From positions 501,560 to 565,559 of the forward strand of contig NW_019217790.1 in the NCBI RefSeq assembly GCF_002571385.2: a stretch of 64,000 bases of DNA, read 5' to 3'. Both the position numbers and the translations under genes were made by a program. The stretch comes from Stylophora pistillata (Eukaryota). Of the stretch, positions 1-12,064 are shown piece by piece. Positions within the stretch are counted from its first letter, which is position 1; every line of letters begins with the position of its first letter. Under the pieces are notes generated by a model. That model saw only the letters and a program-made list of their open reading frames with translations. It ran no database searches and was not told the DNA's origin.

Positions 1-439
1 AAAAAAAAAAAAAAAAATTCAGGCCTGTACAGGATTCGAACCACTGACCTCTGCGATACTAGTGCAGTGCACTAGTAATCCTGTACAGGCCTGAATTTTT
101 TTCAGGTCTGATTTTCACTATTGCTTAAATAGTGCTTTACTGCGAAGGATCGTGCACATATACGTTTCATAACTGCAGTTCATATATATGTATTTCATAT
201 ATATTTGTTGTTTGATAAAATCGTGTGATAAATCCTCCAGAATTTACTGAGGGTGGCAAAGGGATTATGCAAGACACATGATTACAAATAATAATAATAA
301 TAATAATAATGATAATAATCTACTGTGAGGATCGTGCATCATATGTATCTATAGCTGCAGTTCAAAATATATGAACTTCATATATTCATCGTATCTGATT
401 TATCATCACGGGTTTATTACGAATCAACTTAACGGCCTA

Positions 440-545
440 CTCCCAGTTGGCTTGTTAGCTCAATTGGTAGAGTGCTGCACTAGTATCGCAGAGGTCAGTG
501 GTTCGAATCCCGTACAGGTCTGATTTTTTCAGGTCTGATTTTCGC
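440..545 (+). mobile_element. tRNA-derived SINE head; inverted partial copy at ~18-118
   Basis: A-box TAGCTCAATTGG and B-box GGTTCGAATCC, but no canonical anticodon arm. Followed by a family-specific tail (GTACAGGTCTGATTTTTTCAGG) that is repeated at 84-118. Confidence 0.7.
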
Positions 546-586
546 AATAGCGCTCTCTACTGCGAGGATCGTGCATCATACGTAAT

Positions 587-1850
587 GATAATAATGATAA
601 TAATCTTTATTCTCTCAAGATAAAAGTACATATCTCAAGTTACAATATTAAAAAGAGTCATGCAAAAAATATGCAAAAGATAATCTAAGAATCATTAAAT
701 ATAACTAGACAAATGATAATCGAAATATTATATTTAAAAAACTAGCCTATTTACAAACACATTCTTAAACCTTTCCGAATTTATTCCAAGATAATGGACA
801 ATTCTGATTCTGAGGTTGTATTTTGTCTCTTTTTCTTTGGAATAATTTTGCTTCGTGGGCAATCGGGGTCAGCGGTGCGTGCCTTGAAGAGCTTCCTATC
901 TGCCTTTTGTAATAGGTCTCGAATGTCCGTTCTCTTTGATATATATTTCCTTTTAAAACACCTATCTAGGAAATTTTGTGTGACCATGAGGTCTGAAACT
1001 ACCGCACCATAAACAGACACACCATAAGTGAAATTTGGTAGGACTAGGGTGCTAAATAGGCGGTCAACTTCGCTTTGGCTGAAACCTTCCTTCTGTAAAG
1101 ATCTTAATATGAATAGACACCTAGTCACCTTCATCAGCTTAACTCATACGTGTTCACTGTACTTACAATTTTCCTGAAACATGACACCTAAAATAGACAG
1201 CTCTGTGCATTGCGGAATGTTGTTAACTGGTGCTATGTTCTGACTAAAACCTTTCTTACAAAAAATAAGCCCCTTACATTTCGACAGATTACACATCATA
1301 CTATTGTCCTTAGACCAAGTTAAAATCCAATCAACTAAATCTGTACAAAAGTAGCCATTACTCCAAACAGGAACAATGAGGGTTGAATCATCAGCATATT
1401 TAAACAAAGTAGGATGATTATCTAAGCTAATTTCTAGATTGTTAATAAAACTACTAGATAAGTATGGCCCACTCACGCTACCCTGAGTAGTTCCCCTATT
1501 GACACATTTCCATTGTCCTCGAAAACTACTGTAAATCACGCACTGTTGACGTTTCTCAAGAAAGCTTAAATACAAATTGATTATAAATGGATATAATGGT
1601 ACCTGCTTAAGCTTAATAGACAAAAGTTTGTGATTAACGCTGTCAAACGCTTTACTGAAATCCATAGCAAATAACCACACAGCTTCGCGCTTAGGATCAT
1701 CGAGATAGCTGTACCCAATGTGCTCCATACTTATAAGTGCATCTATACAGCTCCCCCTGTTCTGTAAACGAACTGAGTCGAGCTCAAGTGTTTCTCAACA
1801 GTGTCCCACGTGTGGTTATACATGCACTTCTCAAAAGCTCATGCAGTTAC
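587..1850 (-). mobile_element. 5'-truncated CR1/L2-type non-LTR retrotransposon remnant (RT domain and C-terminus), in a DTYMK intron
   Basis: ORF 1144-1728 has DFSKAFDSVNH, GTTQGSVSGP and KYADD RT motifs. ORF 781-1134 continues after a stop (LFSTLVLPNFTYGVSVYG). A 3' AATAAAG-(ATT)n tail lies at ~587-612 on the minus strand. Confidence 0.9.
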
Positions 1851-2514
1851 TGAAGTAATATTGACCCCTCCCCAGTAAGCTCAAAATTAATACGTGACAG
1901 ATGACTTCTACAAGGTAAGGCACGATTTTCCCTTTCAAATTTGTGATGCATGAAATACTGTTTAAAGTACATGTGACACATGAATGAGGACCCCCCCTTT
2001 GCTACCTTCTCTATTGTAATTAAAATATGGAACACTTCTCAATGCAAGAGATTTTTCCACAAAAGAGAGCAGGTCATTATGGGAATATAAAGAAAGACTT
2101 TGAAAGGTTTAAAATTCATCCTCAACCCTGGGAAGTAACAATTCTGGATGGGTAGATAATTCCCTACAAGGTCATTGTCTAGCTAGATAAAGTACAAGAT
2201 TAGCTATATATGAAGTCATACAGAGGTGGTCAGAATTAAACACCTTTTACATCTTAACATGTCACGTTGAAAGAGCCCCACCAAAAACCCTCTCCTAAGT
2301 GCACTAAGAGATACCCCACTACACCAGTTCACACACCCACCTAGCAACCATAGACCCAAATACAAGTGGAAAAAGGAAATCAAAGAGATCTATAAATATC
2401 ATCAAGAACATGTAGATATGTAAATCTCTCCCTCCATCTCCCTCTTAGTGGTAGATAGATAATCAATCCCTTTGAATGCTTGGAAAGTAAAAGTCAAATT
2501 TTGCAAATGAATAA

Positions 2515-2890
2515 AGGGGGTAGGTTTCTAAAGAAACTGTGGTGCTGCGTCCATGGGGGAGTATAACCAGGTAATTTTTTGTTTCATCGTTTAAATTGGC
2601 CATTGTTAAGAGTTTCAATGCTGATGTTCAGAGTATTAGCCCTTTGTTCTAGGCAGTCTAAAACAAAAATTTAGCAAATAAACACTTTTCATTCAACTAG
2701 TTAATTCTTATTTTTCTTATTACTGTGTTCCCACTGATAGCACAGCTCCATTTTCTGCATATAAACACACATACAAATCACAATTCCTCCATTTGCTCTG
2801 ACCAAGGGCTAAAGCTCAAAATGTCAGCTTTGAAACTATTTACAGTGACAAATGTGCATTATCAATTCAGTTGATAAAACCAAATAACCT
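2515..2890. repeat. Decayed copy of the Penelope-type/hammerhead-bearing coral repeat
   Basis: GCTCTGACCAAGGGCTAAAGCTCAAAATGTCAGC at ~2795-2828 resembles the cleaner copies at 17594-17844 and 48590-48693. Confidence 0.55.
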
Positions 2891-2975
2891 TCTAAAATTT
2901 TGGTAGTCTGGAATAACTTTTTAATGGAAAAAAAAAAGTGAATAATATTCAATAAACTTAGTTGATGTCACCTAC

Positions 2976-3664
2976 TCTGACTCCCATCTGTTGGCTGAAA
3001 ACAGTAAATGAATAGCATGATCCTCCAACTCAGTTGTTCCTTGAAGATAGCCATTAATAGATTGTCCTATGGCTGTTGTTCTGTCTGTAGACAAACAAAA
3101 CAAACTAGGATACATGCAAGACAAGAAAACCAAGAATACATTTTTACCAGAAGAAATAAACATTCAGCTTTTCCTTGAACTCAAAATACACTGTTGCAAA
3201 CACATAATGAAAATTGACACACTTTTCTGCTTTATGACGCTGATATAACACCAACTTCTCTTTACTAATTTATAAGGCAGTGTAAAGTAACTAAATGGGA
3301 GAATTGCGAATCAGATCGTTATAACGGGATTTTTATCTGAGGAATGAAACATCGAGAGACACCGTAGGAAACATAACTACAAGTCAATAACATGGTGGAA
3401 AGTGGTAAATGGTGTGTGTGGGCTATTAGTGACGTGGAGTGTGAGCAAGGTTTCTTGTTTGATGTCAATACAGCGCACTGAAACTATCGTTTAAAACGAA
3501 GAAAAAGCTCTTGCTTTACCTGGAAAACGCAAATGAGCTACATCTTTTCCTATAGATTTCAAATAATCTACGAGCATTTTGCACTGTGTCGATTTGCCAC
3601 TTCTATCGCAGCCCTCGAACACCACCAAAATACCACGACCTCTTCGCGCTACGGAGCCCATCAT
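2976..3664 (-). CDS. DTYMK: Thymidylate kinase (dTMP kinase), exons 1-2; remaining exons probably left of the window
   Basis: Exon 1, 3520-3664: MMGSVARRGRGILVVFEGCDRSGKSTQCKML...LRFP (P-loop). Exon 2, 2976-3084: DRTTAIGQSINGYLQGTTELEDHAIHLLFSANRWES, matching the dTMP kinase HLLFSANRWE motif. GT-AG sites are in phase. Confidence 0.93.
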
Positions 3665-4915
3665 TATTCACAACAATCATGTAATAGTCTATACGATCCA
3701 AATAAATAATCAAACTGTCTCAGCCGAGGAAACAAAAATTAATGTTAAAGTTTTGGCGGGTTTATGGAGGAGAAAGCGGCCCCAGTCTTTTTCAGCATCA
3801 ACTAGGAAATAACACGTCACGCAGTGTCCCACGTGACTCTAGCTTTGGTATGAACCACAAATATGAACTGTCGATTCTCATACTTTCCTGCTATGAGGCA
3901 AATAATGGGGAACATTGAAAGCTATTACACCTCTTAAGAAAAAGGGGAAAAGAAAAGAAAAAGAAAAAAAAAAAGGTTAAGCCGGAGATCTCGTGGGTTC
4001 CAACCGGTACCAAATTAAGGGTTATAATCAGTTTCAGAACTGCGAACATCGTCTTCGAATAAGCTGAGTGTCGGCCTAATAAAATGAAGCTAAAAGAGAA
4101 AGATTTGTAGCGCTCTCAGCAACTGTGGCACATATCCCAAATCATGACGGATGATTTTGATTTTCTCTATTTTCATGCAAATTTGGTTTTCAAATTAAAG
4201 TACAAAGCTTTTTTACCGTTTACTTCAACTGACGGTTAAACAAAATCACAAAAATAAACTAAACATTGTTACGAAACCCACCTAATCCAATACTAGAAAT
4301 ATTCTTACCCAATTAAAACGTAGCAATATCATGAAGTCAGGAAAACATTGTTCACGTAAATGCAAATTTTAAATCACGAATTTGAAAAAAGTTTGTATGC
4401 AATTACCATGCCATTCTAAGCATCATACCGTATCATGATACAACTCCCATGCTCGGCTTGCATTGAAAATAAATCACACCAGTCCCAGATGTTTTATGTG
4501 TATTCTAGACACGAGATTTATTTTAGAATCAACCTATAAATATTGATGACTTTTAATGTCTTAATTTCGTTCAAATGGCTTCCATTAAGAGGAATTTATT
4601 CCTTCACTATCCATTGCAAGCTCGATTGTTATCCTCACAAGGTAAAACAGAATTTAAATAGTTATTCTTACAAAGAAATAAAGCAATTACTAGTACACAG
4701 AAGGGAGGAATCTGCTCCTTTTTATCGCCTGATTAAAGACAAATGTTTTCTTGTTCATTTGAACATAGAATGTCTTAAGCCACTTGACTATCACGAACAC
4801 TAAGCTTAACCAGAAAGTTTTTCAAAAAAGTCACAGCAGTGTAAGCATCTTTATCCGTCAGCTGTATCGATATTTGATTTCTTTGTCGAAGTCTTGGTTC
4901 AGATTTCCTAGTTCA

Positions 4916-5086
4916 TCAGTTCTTGCTTGCTGTTGTGTAGACGTAGGCGATTAACAATGCAAACAACCCAAGTAAAACAGGCAACGCCACTGTTAAAACT
5001 TTTTGATGTCCCTCTGCATTTCCATTTTTTCTCTCCCTTTTCATTTTCCTTGTTTCTTTGGACGCTTTTCCTGGTAACTGCCTCAT
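4916..5086 (-). CDS. SMCO4: Single-pass membrane and coiled-coil domain-containing protein 4 (56 aa)
   Basis: MRQLPGKASKETRKMKRERK...LTVALPVLLGLFALLIAYVY matches the SMCO4 pattern (MRQLKGK.KKET..., then TVVLP and a TM helix). ATG at 5086. Confidence 0.88.
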   Translation of the reverse strand: MRQLPGKASKETRKMKRERKNGNAEGHQKVLTVALPVLLGLFALLIAYVYTTASKN

Positions 5087-6135
5087 ATTTGGTTGAAAAC
5101 ACACCAAAAGAAGACGTCGAGGAGTTACTAAGTTGTTAGATAAAGTTCTCTGGTCTTCTGTCACGCTACAGTGGCGATAACGACAACATGACACGTCATT
5201 CGTTGATTTCAGAGCGACCTTCTTTCTGACCAGCGGTAACTTTCTTGGAAAAGTTTTAGATAAGTGTTACAGTCATAAGGTGTACTCTGTTGTATATGAA
5301 ATTTAAAAACTGTTAGTCAGCTTTAGCTGTGAAGGTTAATAACCCAACGATACACTGATGATGCCTTGATGGTGACACTTGAGTTGCTTAGTCGTGTGAA
5401 ACTTTACACTTCACCGTCCTAGAATTAGGAGTGAAGGTGTCCCTCAGCCAAATGTCTTAGTAACTCATTGGATTAGTATATCAGAAATGACTCTAGTTAC
5501 GGACTGCAGCTGATTAAAGCTATATCCTTCTCTTACCGCCTAAAAGAAACTTACGGGTGTGACATTTTTTCTTACGGTTGTCCTTGAAAAGGAGAGTATT
5601 TTTTTGAGGCCACTGGTATTGCACGTCATTAACTCCCCTTCAAGTGCTCATTTTACGAGGGACCAAGAAAAGTTTATAACCATCCATCAAACAAACGAAC
5701 TTAAAGCTGTCAGCTAGTAATTTAGGAATACTTTAGTAATAAATCACCCATAACTTATTTGGACACCTCCCTAACCGACAATAATGGGCAAATTGTTCAA
5801 CAAATCACAGCTATGTGTGTGAATTTAAACCAATCGATGATATAATAATCACGTCTCACAGTAATTACTTGAGAAGAATTTAATTTTCTAAAACACCAGA
5901 CTACAACTTAAGAAAATATATTACCTGTTCGTTTAACTTTACCCTACCAACCACCTGCTGCATAATTTATTACCATCGTCAGATCACGTCACTAAACGGA
6001 ACGACTTGATCTCGGCAAGAGATTAGTTTGTTTAGAAAAAGCCACTCTTTATGTCCTTGATATTTTCGTTGCAATGTCCCTTCCTTTTTACAGGAAATAT
6101 GATGTTTTGGGAGAGTTGTTCGAAGAACGTTGATA

Positions 6136-9100
6136 ATGGATTCATGGATTACTTGTCCCTTAATCTTCCTATTGTGGAGCCAAGACTGCTTGTGCACCAA
6201 CCAACAAAATTCTGCAACAAAATTCAAGAACTACACAGACATAGCGCTGGAGTTCTTGAAGAACTATGAAGTTCAGGCAACAAGGATTTACTCTGGCGAG
6301 AACGAAGCGGCTTGGAATTATGAAACGGACTTAAGCGAGAACAACAGGAAACTCTCCGTTTTAAACGCGACTTTCGCTAAAGCATTCAGTGTTACTGCCA
6401 GCAAAAATGCTTCTCTCATTAAAGATGTTGACTTATCAAACGATATGGCACGCCAAATTAGGATCATTCGCCGCAACGCCCTTCCTAAATCACCAACAGA
6501 CATGAAGTTAATAGACGACCTTATTTCAAATATGACTAACATTTATAGCAGTGGAAAATTATGTACGAAAAATGAATATATCAACAAAACCCGCTGCATG
6601 GAACTCGATCCAGACCTCAATGATTTAATGGCAAAGTCACGTGATTACGATGAGTTGTTATGGGGTTGGAAAAGCTGGCGAGACAAGGTTGGTCCTCCGA
6701 TGAGACCGCTGTACGAAAAACTCGTCGTCCTTCTAAATTCCGGAGCTCGTGAACATGAATGGGGAGACTACGGAAATTTCCAACGAAGCGAATATGAAAT
6801 GGGAAATGACTTCCAAGCAGCTATCAAGAAGTTATGGAATGAAGTCCGGATGTTATACCAAGAACTGCATGCTTATGTGAGGTACAAATTACGTGAGAAG
6901 TACCCTCAAGTACAAGTAAATGGGAGCATCCAGGCTCATCTTTTGGGGAACATGTGGGCCCAGGAATGGAGTTTAATCTATGACATCGTACAGCCATTTC
7001 CCAAAGTTCCATCTCTGGATGTTACACCGAACTTAATTAAGCAACAATACACCCCCAAAAAGATGTTTAAACTTGCGCAGTCGTTTTTTGTTTCCTTAGG
7101 TTTGGATCCAATGCCACAGGCGTTTTGGAATAAATCCATTATCACAAAACCTAAAGGAAAACAGATAGTCTGTCACCCTTCGGCCTGGGATTTCTGCAAA
7201 GGAGACGTTCGGTAAGGGGAAACAAAATTAATTTGTTCTTGTCATCAAGAGATAAGATCGACCTCAGGAAAATAAGCAATACCTACACATGAAAAAGAAA
7301 AGAGACAGAAAAATACGTGGGCAGATAACAGACTGACTTACGGATTGAATGTCAGATTGATCAGCTGACTGATTGACTAACTGACTTATTGACTGACTGG
7401 CTAATTGACTGACTGACTAACCGACTGACAGGCTGAATGGCTGACTAATGAATTGACTGACTCGTTCACTCAACCACTCACACACTTACTCACTGGTCAC
7501 CTGATGCACTAGCGAACTGATCACGTGCTCTCTTTCCGACCGACTGAGAGACAGCTCAAAACTGGGAATGAAAGAATGAGCAAGTAGGCAAACGAGCGCG
7601 CAAACGAGTGAATGAGTGAATGAATGAGCGAGAGAGAGAGAGTGAATGAGTGGATGAATGAGCGAGAGAGAGAGTGAATGAGTGAATGAATGAGCGAGAG
7701 AGAGAGAGAGAGTGAATGAGTGGATGAACGAGCGAGAGAGAGAGTGAGTAAGTGAATGAAAGAGCGAGAGAGAGAGTAAATGACTGGATGAATGAGCGAG
7801 AGAGAGAGAGTGAATGAGTGAATGAATGAGCGAGAGAGAGAGAGTGAATGAGTGGATGAATGAGCGAGAGAGAGAGAGAGTGAATAAGTGAATGAATGAG
7901 CGAAAGAGAGAGAGTAAATGAGTGGATGAACGAGCAAGAGAGAGTGAATGAGTGAATGAATGAGCGAGAGAGAGAGAGAGAGAGAGTGAATGAGTGGATG
8001 AGTGGATAAATGAGCGAGATAGAGTGAATGAGTGGACGAGTGGATGAATGAGCGAGAGGGAGAGAGTGAATGAGTGGATGAGTGAATGAATGAGCGAGAG
8101 AGAGAGAGTGAATAAGTGAATGAAAGAGCGAGAGAGAAAGTGAATGACTGGATGAATGAGCGAGAGAGAGAGAGAGTGAATGAGTGAATGAATGAGCGAG
8201 AGAGAGAGAGTGAATGAGTGGATGAGTGAATGAATGAGCGAGAGAGAGAGTGAATGAGTGGATGAGTGGATGCATAAATGAAAAAAATTAATGAATGAAC
8301 CACTTGATCAATCAATTAATAGGTTGACCTGATTGAATTATAAATCAACAAATCGATATTTCTTTGGTCGCAAGTGGATCGTTGCGTACGTATTTATTTA
8401 AGACGCCTAGACAAATTTTAAAATGAGCCAACGGGATATCACGAATTAAGCTTTAATGTGTGTTGCAACTACAGGATAAAGATGTGTACAGGAATGACTC
8501 AGGAACATTTGATAACAATTCACCATGAGATGGGACATTGTGAATATGACCTCGCATACAAGGACCTTCCGTACGCATACAGAAGTGGTGCCAATCCGGG
8601 ATTTCACGAGGCCATTGGGGACACAATTGCACTCTCAGTGGAAAACCCAAAGCATCTTAAGTCCGTGGGACTACTGTACACAGTTGGAAATGACTCAGGT
8701 AAGTAAGTGCTTTGAATTCTTTAGGCTAGATCTAAAAGGCGCAGAAAGGCCCGAAACATTGTTGTGTAGAAAAATAAATGCCGGGTTTGAACCCAGAGTC
8801 ATCTGCGTCGCAATGGAGATGTATTTCACCCTACGAGTCATTATTGATTTCAATTCCCATGCTTTTACCAAACTAAGCTGTTTTCCAAGAATTCACTTAC
8901 ATACGCAATAAATGGTCTCGTGAGATTTTTCAATTTATGTGAAAAAGAAAATTCCCAAGAAACTTTACATCCCTGTCGTCAATATGCTGTGCAGACCCTT
9001 AGTTAGTTTTGTCAACGTTATTGTTGCAGAAGCAGACATAAATTTTTTGATGATGCAAGCCTTACGTCGTGTAGCTCCCCTTCCTTTCACATTACTTGTG

Positions 9101-10909
9101 GACCAGTGGAGATGGAAGGTGTTCTCGGGAAGGATCACGCCTTCAAACTACAATTCAGAATGGTGGCGAATGCGCATGCATTACCAAGGTGTCATGTCAC
9201 CAGTCCCTAGGTCGGAGAAGGACTTTGACCCGGGGGCTAAGTATCACGTGGGGGCCAATTACCCTTACATCAGGTAATGTGTTATAGAATGAAAAATAAA
9301 ATGCATTATAGTCGAGCGTCAAAAACCAAAATTAGAGTAATTACTACAACCAATCAGAGCAAAGGAAAATATCACAAGGAGCCGGTGAAGACTCGAGCAG
9401 TCAAACTGTCTGAAGCGTGGGAAAACGCGGTGACCGAGTGGTAGTTAGTTTTGATTTTGTATTTGATTGGTCGAGAGAATGGCACAAGTTTTTTTGGGCC
9501 AATTACGGAGCGAAGGGCTGCAAAACCAGTAGCAACCGAGTTGATAATGTAAATTGTTTCTTAAGTTAAAATTTTGAACGCTATCCCTTCGTCCGACCTG
9601 TAGTCTGAGCTGTGATTTGAAACACTCCAAAATTTTCAGCAACTTTGGTTTTTTCAGGAAAAGGCTGTTGATTTTCAGTCGCCACTGGCTGTGACCGAAA
9701 GATAACCAGTTGCAGTTCTCGACAGCCGGGTTCTCTTTAATAAACGCGAATCGAGCGCCAACCACAAGTCCCGCAAACAGCGACTTTTCATTTAGGCACT
9801 GATTTGAGGTTTCATTTGATGATTCTATTTCATTTTTCATGCTAAATCTATTGCTCTGTTATTTTTGTCTACAGCTATTTCGTGTCGCTCATCCTCCAAT
9901 TTCAATTCCATCGCTCACTTTGTAAAATTGCTAAGCACCAAGGGAGTCTACATGAATGTTCAATTTACAAGTCAAAAGAAGCAGGCCAAAAATTCAGGTA
10001 CAGCTCGTCGATTCTTAAGTTAATCCGGTATGAAAAGACACAATGAGAGAAGATCTACGGGAAACAAATCGCTCTCGACTAACCAGAGAGTAACGAAAGA
10101 AGATACCCTTTGATATCCTCAAAATTTAAGTTTCTTTCGAAAATGTAATTCTCAGAACATTGATAGGTTATTGGACACTCAAGGCGCCTCAGACATAGTT
10201 TTCTTCAGGACTTTTGAAGATAAATTAATTATTTAAGGATATTTTGTAACAACAACTGATTCTGACCTAAATAGGGCGCTGTGTCGGTGTAAGATTGAAA
10301 CTGCACATTTAATCTATATTGAATTTACAACAGTATGACTCAATCCGCTTGTCATTTTTATCCTGAAGAGAGATGCTCGTCGCCGGGCGAAGCCGCCCTT
10401 GGCCCCAGACCCTTTACCACTTAACAGGCGAGCGCGAGATGACAGCTAGCGCTCTATTGGAGTACTTTGCCCCTTTACAACAGTGGCTTGTCAAGTATCG
10501 CTTGGAAAAGGGATATCCTACCGGTTGGAAGAAACGGAAGACGGTTTCAAATCCAGTAGTAAATGGCGCAAGAAAAACTTTGTCATCGACCAAGTCGAAT
10601 TCATCCATCACAAAACCTCAAGTGCTCCCTAATGAAACACGGTCAGACCTTAAAGAGAAGGCTTCAAAACCCAGCAACAAGAACGGAACTGCCGATGTGA
10701 CATTTCCGGAAGTAAAAAAAAATGACGATGCCATTAACTTGGGCAAACCAGATTTAAAAGCTGCCTTAGCAGCCATGGGGCCAGTACTAAAAACCTCAGA
10801 AGAAAGCTCAGGCAAAGACAAGTCGCTCCTTGACCCCAAGTCTGACATCTTAGGGGCTAAGCCAATGTTTGTTCCCAATAAAATCAAAGATCAATTAGTG
10901 TTAGGTTAG
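6136..10909 (+). CDS. ACE: Angiotensin-converting enzyme-like peptidyl-dipeptidase (M2 family), single domain; exons 6136-7211, 8475-8698, 9030-9273, 9875-9997, 10369-10909
   Basis: Signal-peptide-like N-terminus, [20 protein letters not shown], zinc motif HHEMGH...[29 protein letters not shown]. All four introns are GT-AG and keep the frame. Confidence 0.95.
7330..7465 (+). repeat. (GACT)n-type microsatellite in ACE intron 1
   Basis: Imperfect GACT/GATT/GGCT tetramer run. Confidence 0.85.
7590..8275 (+). repeat. Compound purine-rich minisatellite, unit ~(GA)n-GTGAATGAGTG(G/A)ATGAATGAGC
   Basis: About 20 imperfect tandem units are visible. They explain the spurious S/H/L-rich minus-strand ORFs. 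Confidence 0.95.
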
Positions 10910-12064
10910 GTGTTCCAGGGATCCATAAGGTAACAAAGATGCAAACCCCCTTTTTTTCTCTGAATGAATTTCATTCTGATAAAGTTGGTCTTGGCGGGCA
11001 GTGCGAGCGGAGTTTTGGTGAATATTTCAAAGGATTTTTAAAATTGTTCTCTCGTCGGTAATTATGATATTTGATTATGAAACAGACTAGTCCCGCCACA
11101 TAGTAACCGTGTAACCGATCATAGTCGAAGAGGACTAGCTACAATTGGACAAAAAGACTTAAGGGGTTGGGATCGAGCCTTTGGAACCATTGACTGAACC
11201 TTTCGTAGTGACCATATAGGTCAAGAGCGTGAGCTGCAAGACTAACACATGCGTTGGTGCCTCAGATATGGTAGAAGGAAGAGGATTAATTACCCGTATG
11301 TCATACAAATAAGTACAAAAAATTTCCCGTAAATTTATTACGTAAAATATAATTTTGTAAAATAATACTCTTAACAATAAACTGCTTGCTAATATCGGTT
11401 AAAAGTTTTTTTTTCATTTCACTCTGTACCAGCATACTCTGCCTTCAGAAGTATCATTATACTGTCAACTGGATATTGAACTATTGCCTCAACTAATTAA
11501 TCGCTCACTATTTTACTCTGGACCTGTGAAGATTTTGTTAAAATCTCGTCATGAAGTCTTCATTGTCCTTAATAACAAAAATTGCCTTTATGAATGAATA
11601 ATTAAAAGTTGCAACTTATATCTCCAGAGTGAATGCCATTTCAAACCTTGAACGAAGCAATAACAAGCTAAAAATTGAGAGGTGTATGCTTCAGCGATGG
11701 CGAAATTAAGATGCGTACATGACAACAAGATGAAGAATAGAACTGTTTCACAATAAACAATTTTTAAAATTTCAAGAGGCGTTTGCCTTGATAAAAATGG
11801 TCAAAAAACTTAATTTCATATCGAAGAGCAGAACAGCTTATCTTCAAATAAAAGGGTAAAAAAATTTTATTCATTTTTGTAGCCGTCTGACAATTGTTCC
11901 CTCGACAATACGAAAAAGCTCTGTATTAGCTTAATTAGACCAAATCATTAGTTCAGGTATGTTTTTACCTACGATTTACTGAGAAAAGAGTCCACAGCAT
12001 GACGAAACTGAGATAGTGATGACCTACAGCGTTCAAGAATTGTTCCAGTTCTAATCCAACTAAC

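Noticed and set aside
445-525. Possible tRNA genes here and at ~26030, ~26830, ~34500 and ~55940
   Set aside because: A/B boxes are present, but there is no proper cloverleaf/anticodon loop, and each runs into a SINE body.
5087-5194. N-terminal extension of the SMCO4 ORF (92-aa call)
   Set aside because: Family similarity starts at MRQL (5086). The upstream part includes a pyrimidine-rich CAG acceptor-like site and is probably UTR or intron.
7521-8315. 264-aa and 239-aa S/H/L-rich ORFs
   Set aside because: Translations of the minisatellite's pyrimidine strand, inside an ACE intron.
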